Of a DNA stretch of 55,275 nucleotides, positions 25,747 through 36,953 are shown piece after piece. The notes under the pieces are model-generated. The model searched no databases. It saw only the letters and a list, made by a program, of their open reading frames with translations, and was not told where the DNA came from. Both the position numbers and the translations under genes were made by a program. Source of the stretch: Octopus bimaculoides (taxonomy: Eukaryota); the NCBI RefSeq assembly GCF_001194135.2, contig NC_068987.1:101675872-101731146 (forward strand). The letters run 5' to 3'. Each line of letters opens with the position of its first letter. Within the stretch, counting starts at the first letter, position 1.

Positions 25747-26600
25747 ATTTCCATCTTTCTTCTAATATTTCTTTCATGGGTTCGGCTCACCTGCCTTCCT
25801 CCAGTTGTATTTCCCCATCATATTCTCGTTCCCTCTATCTCTATACCTACATTATACAACACTTTTCTATGATGTTTTATCAAGTCCCCTTAAATTTCTT
25901 TCCCTCCGTTCTCTTCCTTAATTTCGTTATCTTTTATTTCTTCTTATTTCATCATCACTTTTCCATTTGTTTTTCATACACGTTGCTTTCTGTTTTGCAT
26001 TTTTTCCTTCTTTCATCATCGTTTCGTTTCCTTCCTATTTTTTCTGTTCTTTTCCTCTCTATTTCTTTCATCCCCCCCCCCTATCACTGTGTCCCTAAGT
26101 TTCCATTTCTTTACCACCTGCTTTCATTTTTGTGTCTGTTTTATTACATTTGCAATATAAAAACTACAATAACAAAAGTAACAACAAACCTATCACTACA
26201 TGCTATGCAGAGTCAACAAGAACCTATGAACTGTTGTCGTTTGAAGCAGGGTTTTCCATTAATGAAACCACTGAAACTAATCAAATTGTAAACCCGAAAA
26301 AAGCGTTTTGAAAGTAGGCTTTTGATAAAACTGCATCTTTTTCAACTGCTTTCTGCATATATATTACTATATGTTCCTTTTCCATATACACACATATACA
26401 CCACATTCTCAACAATACAACATAATCACATATCACATTCTCAAAAAACACCACATTCTTACGTATATCAAATTCTCTCACCTGCCGTCTTCTCGAGTAA
26501 ACCATATTCTCATATATATATAAGATATGCCTACGTATGCCGTGTTCTCATAAATCTTAAATTTTAAAGCATACTAGATTCACATATATATATATATTTA

Positions 26601-26897
26601 GGCGTAGGAGTGGCTGTGTGGTAAGTAGCTTGCTTACGAACCGCANNNNNNNNNNGGCGTAGGAGTGGCTGTGTGGTAAGTAGCTTGCTTACGAACCGCA
26701 TGGTTCCGAGTTCAGTCCCACTGCGTGGCACCATGGGCAAGTGTCTTCTACTATAGTCTCGGGCCGACCAAACCTTGTGAGTAGATTTGGTAAACGGAAA
26801 CTGAAAGAAGCCCGTCGTATGTATGTATATATATATATATGTATGTGTGTGTGTATATGTTTGTGTGTCTGTATTTATCCCCCCAACATCGCTTGAC
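26601..26897 (+). mobile_element. SINE family A, 5' part running into a gap
   Basis: ggcgtaggagtggctgtgtggtaag..gagttcagtccc..gtggcaccatgggcaagtgtc. The first 45 nt are duplicated across a 10-N gap, a likely assembly artefact. Confidence 0.9.
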
Positions 26898-28859
26898 NNN
26901 NNNNNNNNNNNNNNNNNNNNNNNNNNNNNNNNNNNNNNNNNNNNNNNNNNNNNNNNNNNNNNNNNNNNNNNNNNNNNNNNNNNNNNNNNNNNNNNNNNNN
27001 NNNNNNNNNNNNNNNNNNNNNNNNNNNNNNNNNNNNNNNNNNNNNNNNNNNNNNNNNNNNNNNNNNNNNNNNNNNNNNNNNNNNNNNNNNNNNNNNNNNN
27101 NNNNNNNNNNNNNNNNNNNNNNNNNNNNNNNNNNNNNNNNNNNNNNNNNNNNNNNNNNNNNNNNNNNNNNNNNNNNNNNNNNNNNNNNNNNNNNNNNNNN
27201 NNNNNNNNNNNNNNNNNNNNNNNNNNNNNNNNNNNNNNNNNNNNNNNNNNNNNNNNNNNNNNNNNNNNNNNNNNNNNNNNNNNNNNNNNNNNNNNNNNNN
27301 NNNNNNNNNNNNNNNNNNNNNNNNNNNNNNNNNNNNNNNNNNNNNNNNNNNNNNNNNNNNNNNNNNNNNNNNNNNNNNNNNNNNNNNNNNNNNNNNNNNN
27401 NNNNNNNNNNNNNNNNNNNNNNNNNNNNNNNNNNNNNNNNNNNNNNNNNNNNNNNNNNNNNNNNNNNNNNNNNNNNNNNNNNNNNNNNNNNNNNNNNNNN
27501 NNNNNNNNNNNNNNNNNNNNNNNNNNNNNNNNNNNNNNNNNNNNNNNNNNNNNNNNNNNNNNNNNNNNNNNNNNNNNNNNNNNNNNNNNNNNNNNNNNNN
27601 NNNNNNNNNNNNNNNNNNNNNNNNNNNNNNNNNNNNNNNNNNNNNNNNNNNNNNNNNNNNNNNNNNNNNNNNNNNNNNNNNNNNNNNNNNNNNNNNNNNN
27701 NNNNNNNNNNNNNNNNNNNNNNNNNNNNNNNNNNNNNNNNNNAGAGAGAGAGAGAGAGAGAGGTGCGTGTGTATGTGTGGATATGCGTGTATAAACTGAG
27801 ACATATATGTATCTATGCGTGATTTATCTATATGTAACTCTCTATCTGTTTAAAAGTGGGCCAGAAGTCGTATAGCCTGACTCCTTATTGCAGTCTGTAG
27901 GCATAAGCTGAAGGTATGGGTAACACTCTTTTCTTTCACACGCACACACTCACACTAACACGTCGACTATATATATATATATATATACGTGCGTGCTTTT
28001 TGTATATATGTACATATCTATGCATCATCGATGATTATTGGTTTGATTACTGGTTTGTTCTAGAATTAAAGAACAACGATTTTAAGAAAAGAGATGATTG
28101 TTTGGTAGCTAGACTTTCTCTTAGAAGTTGCCACCGAGTATATTCACACACTTTAGATTTTACCATATTTTGAGCTAAAAAGAAAAAAAAGAACCATTAA
28201 AAATTATAGGGCATAATCGACAATGTAACAACGTATATTGTATGAAAATAAGATGGGATTGTCATGGCGGGAATGCTTTGATCATACGACTGCTTGGTTA
28301 GAGATGACTCGGTGTTGAAAGTTAGTTACATCATTTAATTTTATTACTCTGTATTGACATTCTATCAACACTCAAATGAGGGTATTCTTGTAACATACAC
28401 ACAAGCACACACACACACACAAGAACACACACACGCAGACTCACACTCACGCACACACCAACATATGTATATATAACATGCATTTATATGTACCTATATA
28501 TTACAGCATTGCACGCACGCACTCATATATATGTTCGTGCGTATAAAGTCCATAAAATTTTATGCGCTGATATAATGGTAGAAAATAAAAAACATTGAAA
28601 CAAACTAGATGCATTTGAAAAACAAAGCCTATGAAAATTCTATGAAGTATATTTGATGTTCACTTACATATCTTCCATTGTAATATTATTGTGTACAGAA
28701 GTGAAACAAGAAGATATTTTTTAGTTCTTATCCGCTAGGCAAAAGGCCAATTGTTTTATTTTTGTTTCTAGAAATAAAGGCGGAGTTGTATAAATCAATA
28801 CTGGTGTATACATACAGACATACACATANNNNNNNNNNNNNNNNNNNNNNNNNNNNNNN

Positions 28860-28922
<63 letters not shown>

Positions 28923-29000
28923 TATATATATGAATACACGCACACACGTATGTGTGAATGTATGTATATCTGTCTATCTATGTATCTCTCTATATATATG

Positions 29001-29205
29001 TTCTTTTTATTCTTTTATTCGTTTCAGTCATTTGACTGCGGTAATGCTGGAGCACCGCTTTTAGTCGAACAAATCGACCCCAGGACTTACTCTTTGTAAG
29101 CCTAATACTTATTTGATCGGTCTCTTTTGCCGAACCACTAATTTAAGGAGACGTAGACTCACCAACATCGGTTGTTAAGCGATGGTTGGGAAACATACAC
29201 AGACT
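29001..29205 (-). mobile_element. SINE family A, 3' half
   Basis: ttcttttattc..gtttcagtcatttgactgcggtaatgctggagcaccg..cgaacaaatcgaccccaggac matches the other family A copies. Confidence 0.85.
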
Positions 29206-31164
29206 CACAAACATATATATATATATATATATATAGATATATATATATGGTGAGGAGCAAACAAAAATACAAGGGTTCTGCTGTATGTCGATCTTTGTAG
29301 TCAACAAGTATAAAACAATTCAGTATGAAACAAACATTCGTGTCTGTAAAAATATCCATTTTTCTTACATTATGGTCACAATGTTTCTGCAAACCGTGTA
29401 ATCGCCAACCTTACATGAAAAGTAATATACGTATGTGCTTTTGTGCGTATTATTCCTGTGGGTGTGAGTGTGTGAGCAAGTGGTGCACCTGAATTAGTAT
29501 ATACACACCCCCACAGTAAGTGTTAGTCTTTTTAAACAGGCTAATTTCGCCCACTCATTTTTCATAAAATTTGATAACTGGAAAACCTCCTGCGAAGTAG
29601 CTGAAAGTAAAAGCTTTCTTCTCGGACATTTTATGTCCATCAAAACGTCTTTTATTATATGACAAGTCACAGGAAGACAATCCATTCTACTTAGTCAAAA
29701 AGTGGTTTTTGTTCTTCTCGTTAAGCTCATTGACAGAAACTCATAAATCAGAAATAGATGCACACAGTAAGTGCGTGTCAGACCTTCTCGTTATCCTACG
29801 CGCTTCTGGACCATGTTCGGCTGCCGGCGGTTTCAAAACAGACATTTTAGACTATACCGGAAATAAAATCTCTGTACACTGTAACTCATGAATGTTTAGA
29901 AATTGTTTAGAATCACTGATTTGCAGGTCGGTGATTATAGACAGTCCTGTCAGAACCTCCCTCTCTAGATGCTGATTTACAAGGCCACCGAGTTCATTTC
30001 CGATCAACTCCATTTGTGAAAGGTGCAATATGATGACTGTGATGTCCTTCGTGTTTGTAAATACGCCCCTTCTGTGTCCCAGCCAGCCCAAACGCATCTC
30101 AACGATTCTAGCATCCTCAGTAATATCACTACCACAAGAACATTCGGAAAAGAGAGGCGTAAGAATCCTAGGTGAACCAAAACGAATCTATAAAACTGTT
30201 ATAGGTTGCATTTTAGCTTGTACTAGAGAACTAATATTACTGTATATGGCTGCAATCTAACATCTTAACAATAAATATTCCACATATTCCACATATCAGC
30301 ACTCTTCTTTGCTGTAAGGTAGGAAAGAGCTAAACAACAAATGGAAACTAAATGCTAGAGGATTGATGAGGTGTTTATCACACTGCTTTGGCTCGCAAAC
30401 AAGGAAAGAGGAACTGCGAGAATAAAAATGAGAGTTCCTTGAGTTTTGCTTTATGTTATTTTAAGGACTCGTGATTTTATTGTAAATATTGATATAAATG
30501 AACTTAGGAGTCATTGTAACTACGTACAATTTTCCCAATGTTTTGCAAACGATATTACATAATTTTTGTAAGTATATCATCATTTCAAAAATTATAACTA
30601 TCATAAAATCTTCGATACGACTGACAAAGACTGGCATCGGTTTACAGTCATCAAACATTAAATACGGAAGGATATCGAAGACATATTGAGAATGTAATTA
30701 TTTTCATATTTCCGTACTTTGAATGTTTTCATAATTGAATGTCAAGATTGAAAAAAATATAACTAAGGAAGATAATACAAATCAGGAAGTTGGGTAACAT
30801 TCGGAAATATAAGCTAAAATATTATCAAAAGCATAACCAACGTTTCGACTAAATAACTGAGAACTCAAAACACATACTTTGCAGAAATTACCGTGCATGA
30901 GTAAAGTTGCTGGTATGATGCATCATTCACGACGTATCGCCATCTCGGAAAGAACGAAAATATTCAACAATGAAATTATCTAATCAACTGAAACAATCGA
31001 TAAAAAAGCTACTTACAGTCTTGATTATATTATAGATACCCTTTCAAAAGTTAACTTTATAACCATAAATCGATGAACCTGCTTTAAAAGAGTAGTGACA
31101 ATCCTTAAGAAGACTAAATAAAATGTTGCCAATTTTTGACGGCTTAGAATGCTTGTGTGTTTAT

Positions 31165-31500
31165 ATAAAACGCGAAACGAATTTGAAATCGGTGGGATTT
31201 GAACTCAAAACCTAAAGCTCCGGAACAAATACCGTGAAGCGTTTCTTCATATGCTCTAAAGATTCAGCCACCTCGCCTCTGTATTAATAATCAGTATTTT
31301 AAAATTTTGGCACAATTTCAGCAAACATAGATGCGGGGACTAGTAGATTACAATGTCCCTAGGACATTACATGCACTTTATTTTATTGATTTCGGAAGGA
31401 TGAAAAGTGAAGATGACTTCGACGAGACTCAGAATTAAAAATAGGAGTTGATAGCGCGAAACATTTCATCAGAAGTTCTAGTAATTCTGCCAGCTCACTG
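31165..31500 (-). mobile_element. Two tandem decayed SINE family B copies
   Basis: Reverse-complement heads agaggcgaggtggctgaatc (about 31280) and cagtgagctggcagaatt (about 31500), plus core remnants. Confidence 0.6.
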
Positions 31501-31519
31501 AAATAATAATAATAATAAT

Positions 31520-32047
31520 GCCCTAATGCAGTATAAAGCAGTGGCTCTCATATTTCCTCAAATTAACTGATTAGAAATGTTATCATGTACATTGTCTTGA
31601 AATAAAAGATGGGATACAGCGAATATTCTGCTCAGTACAACAGATTTGCATGTCAGTTGCTTTACCTTAACCAGTCTGACGATATGTGCATCTCTGTTCA
31701 CGAGCAGAAGTATTGGGGAAGCATCATAGCTATGTGTTGTGAGGAATTCTTTGGGGTTTGAATAATTCACGTTTGGAAATATGTGTGTTTTGTTCATACT
31801 TAAACGACTCTTATTCAGAGACATTCACAGCGATATGGGCTACTCAACCTGAAGAAAATTGTAACTGGACCCCACCTGTAAGTACATGCGCTGTTTATCT
31901 TGATATGAGATCACCATGTTACGCACATATGGTTGTAATTCATATGACTGGTGTAATTTTGTCAGACGGGTTGTCATGATGGGTATACTGGGGTTCGTAT
32001 ATTTTACCCGAGTGTCACTTTGATGGCATGCACTGCTCTCCCAGTTT
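31520..32047 (+). mobile_element. About 530-bp non-coding dispersed element flanked by (TAA)n on both sides (copy 1)
   Basis: Colinear similarity with 48153-48597, for example aagatggg.tacagc.aatattctg, ctgacgatatgtgcatctctg, ggggtttgaataattcac and gtgtcactttgatggcatgcactgctctc. No ORF and no obvious A/B boxes. Confidence 0.8.
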
Positions 32048-32132
32048 AATAATAATAACGATAATAATAATAATAATAATAATAATAATTATTATTATTA
32101 TCATTATTATTATTATTATAATTATTATTATT

Positions 32133-32320
32133 ACAGCAGGCTAAATTGTTAGCATACCTGACAAAAATGCTTAACTACATCTCGTCTGTCTTTACGTACT
32201 GAGTTCAAATTACGATCAGGTCGATTTTGCCTTTCATCACATCGGGGTTGATAAAATAAGTACCCGTCAAGTATTGGGGTCGATATCATTGCCCTGTGCC
32301 AAAATTTGAAACCATTATTA
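32133..32320 (+). mobile_element. SINE family B with an (ATT)n tail
   Basis: gagttcaaattacgatcaggtcgattttgcctttcatcacatcggggttgataaaataagtacc..gaaaccattattatt. Confidence 0.75.
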
Positions 32321-33769
32321 TTATCATTGTTATTAGTATAATCATCATTATCGTCGTCATCATCATCATCATCATCCTTATTATTACTGCTATTATTTAT
32401 TATTATGCTGTACTTTTCATGCTGTACCGCTATTGGATTGCTATTTATAAGGCTGCATCCCATAGCCTTAGGTCTCTAGTACATGCTGCGCCATACAAAC
32501 AAGTCAGGAAATTCACCTCCTTATCCAACGTTTTAAGCATCCATTTAAACTTCCTGTCACTACTCCTAAGGGTACTATTGCATCTGAAATAACAACTTCA
32601 TAGCACTTTCAGATACTTGCAATTTCGTATTTTATGTCCTGGTATTTTTCAAATTTCTCGTGATTTATTTTCTGAAGTCCTATCACTCTAATATCAAAAA
32701 GGCATCCAACAGCATTTAAGCAAGATACTTCTTTTTATTAAATATAACTAAGTCTAGGCATAAATGCTCCATTTTCCAGTTATTTTGAATCTTCATATTC
32801 TATTGTACATTTCTATTGTCGTGTTCAATGACATATTCTGCTCTAGAACACTTTTCCGCACTTTATATTCCTTACTTAAACTTTTACAAAATCGCCAATG
32901 TAAGATTGTAGCAACGCTGTCATGTCTACAATTCTTATAAACTTTTAATCAAACACTTTTCACACAGAGACTACATTCACAGCTTCTTTATCTCTTTCAT
33001 CTAACATTCTACAAGCAACCAAATTAACTTGTTTCTCTATATTCTTATGAAGTATTTGATTGAAAAAAATCTGATACTGTTCTGCTCGGATTAAGTCCTC
33101 ACGTACTTTCTTCAACATTTTATACATTGGAATTGTTTCTCATCTCTGTAACTTTGAGACTGGACTTGAATACAAACACTGTTGGTAGACAGATAACCAT
33201 ATTTTGGATTTAAACGTAAGATACTAGTATTACAACAGAAATAGCAACGATAAACATTGTACGTATTTTACGTAGAGTACGGTTAACGGAGAAGAAAATG
33301 CAAAATTAAGACAAAATATTGCACACAAAGCCCACGGTGTTACTTTTGGTTGTATAGTGAATGCACACAAGAAAATACTCAAGAAGAAATAAAAAAATAC
33401 TATAACTGTTTGTAAAATTTTGGAAAGATCGCAATTTTAGGGGCGCGTATTGGTAGATACATTGATCCCTGTATTTGAACTTAATGAGAGAACTTAATTT
33501 TATCAACCCTTGAGAGATGAAAGGCTACGTTGATGTTAGCGAGATTGGAAATCAGACCGTAAAGAACTGGAACAAATTTTCTCTTCTGTCTGTAATTATT
33601 TAAAACCTTCCTTTGTACCAAAAATACAAGGCTCTATGGTTCGAATGCTGATAGCAAAAACAATGTTACTTACACATTGTATTTGTAATGTGCTATTTGA
33701 TCGGCTTATGTTTTTTTTTTTTCGAAAACTCTAGCTTAAAAACCAAGTGTATCAATTTTTATCTGAATA

Positions 33770-34735
33770 CAGCTAGTGGTTGTCCGTAGTTAACCTTTTT
33801 CCTTTGATTTTCTAATGGATATTCACATCAGTAGGACAACTGACCTCTATGAGGTACATACATTTCATTGTCTGTCCCTAAAAACAATATCCAGCCAGTT
33901 ATGTTCACGCTTGATAGATGTTTTGAAGGGAATGTCCCACCTGTATTAATTGTGTTGATGTCTGCAAACGTATTCGTTAGAAGAGGGATTCTCTATATTT
34001 ATTCCAGGGCAGTCTGTTTTCTGGGTGGCATTGTATATTGTTTTTACGACGTCATGCTACATAAGAAGGTAGTACCTTGGTGGCGTTTTGGAGCAGCTAC
34101 TAGTCACATGTGGTGTATTCCAAAGGAATATGTCATTATCTACATTTTCGGTTGCACCTTGGAGCTGCACGTTCGTCACTATTTCTTTTGGGTTTTTTTT
34201 TTAGGTATTTTGTAGCAATCTCCTGTTCTTGGAAAAGCATAGCCTTCAAAGTGTGATGTGATGTAGCGGTTACAAATCTAACAGTGAGGCTGCGATCTTT
34301 GTCGATATTAGTGACTTCTTCAAGTATTCAAGAAACATACCCATGCATAGTCTTTCTTTTCGTTTGCTGTTTTACATCCAGGTCTTCTTTGAAGTATATT
34401 AGTCTAGCTGTTTTGTGGGTATGGGGTGGGTCACCAGGAAGAGAGTACCTCCTGAGGTGCTCGCTACGCACACGCAAGATATTGTTCTCTTCGCTTTTAA
34501 GCACTAAGTTAATGCGTTTACTTATGCTGATGTTTTTTAAGAAGTCTATCTGACAGAGACTATACGACATTTGAAGATTCCCTGCACTACTCTCAAGTCT
34601 CTACCTCCTTCATTTCTTCTTAAGTAGAGCTTGTCGATATTACTATTTTTGAGGAGATTTCCATTTCATGTTAGTATCTTACAGGTTTTATTGTCCATGG
34701 AGTGGATTTCCTCTACAGACTAGTCAACTATATAT
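33770..34735 (-). pseudogene. Decayed R4/Dong-clade non-LTR retrotransposon: RT thumb, CCHC zinc knuckle and restriction-like endonuclease
   Basis: Minus-strand translation across disruptions: MDNKTCKILT*NGNLLKNSNIDKLYLRRNEGGRDL, KTMHGY, FEGYAF..QEQEIATKYL, CNRKCR..HVTSSCSK, YYLLM*HDVV, WDIPFKT..HNWLDIVFRD, SCPTDVN. These match R4/Dong motifs LYxxRxxGGRGL, HGQ, QDQxIxT, CxxC..H..C, RHDxV and PD-(D/E)xK, in order. Confidence 0.88.
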
Positions 34736-34882
34736 GATGTTGGAATCAGCACTACTACTGCACATGCATTGTGCGATATTTTATACATTTTGAGGTCATC
34801 CACATAGAAATTATAGGTTACAATAATATCTGTAAGCAGTTGCAGACGTCAGAATGTAGCCATTTGATTTTTGTAGCAGGAA

Positions 34883-35257
34883 TTCTTTTATTCTTTTACT
34901 TGTTTCTGTCATTTGGCTGCGGCCATACTGGAGTATCACCTTTAGTCGAGCAAATCGACCTTAGGACTTATTCTTTGTAAGCCTAGTACTTATTCTATTG
35001 GAATCTTTCGCCAAACCGCTAAGTTTCGGGGACGTTAACGCACCAGCATCAGTTGTCAAGCGATATTGGACACATACACACGCATATGTATATATACGAC
35101 GGTCTTTCAGTTTCCGTCTACCAAATCCACTCACAAGGGTTCGGTTGGCTCGAGGCTATAGTGGAAGACACTTGCTCAAGTTGCCACGTAGTGTGACTGA
35201 ACCCGGAACCATGTGGTTGGTAAGTAAGCTACTTACCACACAGCCACTCCTGCGCCT
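34883..35257 (-). mobile_element. SINE family A, full length
   Basis: Head (reverse complement aggcgcaggagtggctgtgtggtaagtagcttac..ggttccgggttcagtc) through tail (gaaacaagtaaaagaataaaagaa). Confidence 0.92.
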
Positions 35258-35677
35258 AGAAATGATAATGGATTTAATACCAAAATGAACAGAATTACAG
35301 ATAGAGTATCTCCTTGGAATATTCCCTTTTCTGATATCTGTTCTAAGCGTAAGAATTGTTACCCAAGTCTTAGTGAGCCTCTCAACGGCAACAATTAATG
35401 TAGCAGGCACTTTGTCAAATGTAGGCACTACAACAGCCATGAATATTGAATAAGGTCGAATGATTTCCTATCCTTAAGGCATACTGTCGCAAGGGACCTA
35501 CGGTGTTCTTTTTTTTCCTTCAAATTTTATTTCAGCTTTGTTTATCAAAATTTTTTCGGTATATCCCTACACTCCATTTTACCTTTTGCCTGTTCAGCAG
35601 TCACTATGTTGCTAGACTCACAGCAACGATCCTGGTGGAACTGATAATGTTTGGGTAAGCAATGGGCCGATACTTTT

Positions 35678-35910
35678 CTTATTTCTTCATTGCCGACAAG
35701 GGGCTAAACATAGAGGGGATGAACTAGGACAGACAAAGGGATTAAGTCGATTACATTGACCCCAGTGAGTAACCGGTATTTAATTTATCGACCCCGAAAG
35801 GATGAAGGGCAAAGTCGACCTTGGCAGAATTTGATCTCAGAACGTAACGGCAGACGAAATGCCGCTAAGCATTTCGCCGGTGTGCTAACGTTTGTGCCAG
35901 CTCGCCGCCT
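35678..35910 (-). mobile_element. SINE family B, full length, with a target-site duplication
   Basis: Reverse complement aggcggcgagctggcacaaacgttagcacaccggcgaaatgcttagcggcatttcgtctgccgttacgttctgagatcaaattc..gtcgactttgcccttcatcctttcggggtcgataaattaaatacc. gccgatacttttct occurs at 35666-35679 and 35924-35937. Confidence 0.92.
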
Positions 35911-36453
35911 GATACTTTTCTGTGCCGATACTTTTCTCTCAATTCACTGGTTTCATTCTTGGCTAAAATATTTGTCTGTCGTATATAGCAATATAATTTG
36001 CTATATAAATCTGACTTTCCAAAGTACTTTATACTTTATAGTATAAAGTACTTTATAGTATACATAGTACTTTATAATATACATATTAGTGATTTTCTGT
36101 ACTAATATCCAACTATTAGATATCTGCCAAATGCCTTCCCATTATGCAATTTTCCTATATGTATGTATGTATGTGTGCAATCATTTGTGCATCTTGCATG
36201 TATATATGTATGTATGTGACAAGTGTATATAACGTACAAGTGTGCGTGAGAGAATATATTGATACATAATACAGTCGATTATGCAGCATACACCAATATA
36301 TCGACCAAAGGCAAAACAGAAAGTGGAAACCGGTAGGATTTGAACTCGGGTCCTGTAGGTTCATTCCTAAATATTTGAGCACAGTTTGTCTGTTTTCCTG
36401 ATTGTTCCAATCCCGCCACGCATAACGATAGCAACAACATAATAATAATACGA

Positions 36454-36625
36454 GAGAAGAAGAAGAAGAAGAAGAAGAAGAAGAAGAAGAAGAAGAAGAA
36501 GAAGAAGAACAAGAAGAAGAAGAACAAGAAGAAGAAGAACAAGAAGAAGAAGAAGAAGAAGAAGAAGAAGAAGAAGAAGAAGAAGAAGAAATAGCAGCAG
36601 CAACAACAACAAGAACAATAACAAC
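36454..36625. repeat. (GAA)n with a 15-bp higher-order variant, then (CAA)n
   Basis: Seen directly. Confidence 0.95.
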
Positions 36626-36920
36626 AGCAACAGGAATATTAATTACAGAAAAATACCGGAATACCAACTTAAGAAAAAAATAATCAATAATAGATGCCCA
36701 TGAAAAATTTTTGTAAAAATTCTGAACATTGTTGAACAGTCAAAGACGTATTTCTCGTGCTATACAAGAGAAGTGTGTGTGTGGGGGGGCGACGTGTGTA
36801 TGTCCGTGTGTGTTTGTGTGTGTGTGAGTGTGTGAACATGTGTTTGTGTACGTGTCGCTCTGGAGTTATACGTTCAAATAAGTGTAGGTATGATACTTGC
36901 GTACTTAACACTGCTTCCAT

Positions 36921-36953
<33 letters not shown>

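Noticed and set aside
26601-26700. Tandem duplication of the SINE head
   Set aside because: An identical 45 nt on both sides of a 10-N gap is typical of an unmerged contig overlap. The duplications across the gaps at 45576-45680 and 52510-52734 look similar.
26656-26730. tRNA genes
   Set aside because: The A/B-box-like motifs belong to SINE heads that continue into SINE bodies; no complete cloverleaf was found.
32690-32900. Possible RT relic (IKKASNSI..LGIN, cf. DxxKAFD..LGI)
   Set aside because: Too degraded for a call; no convincing YADD motif nearby.
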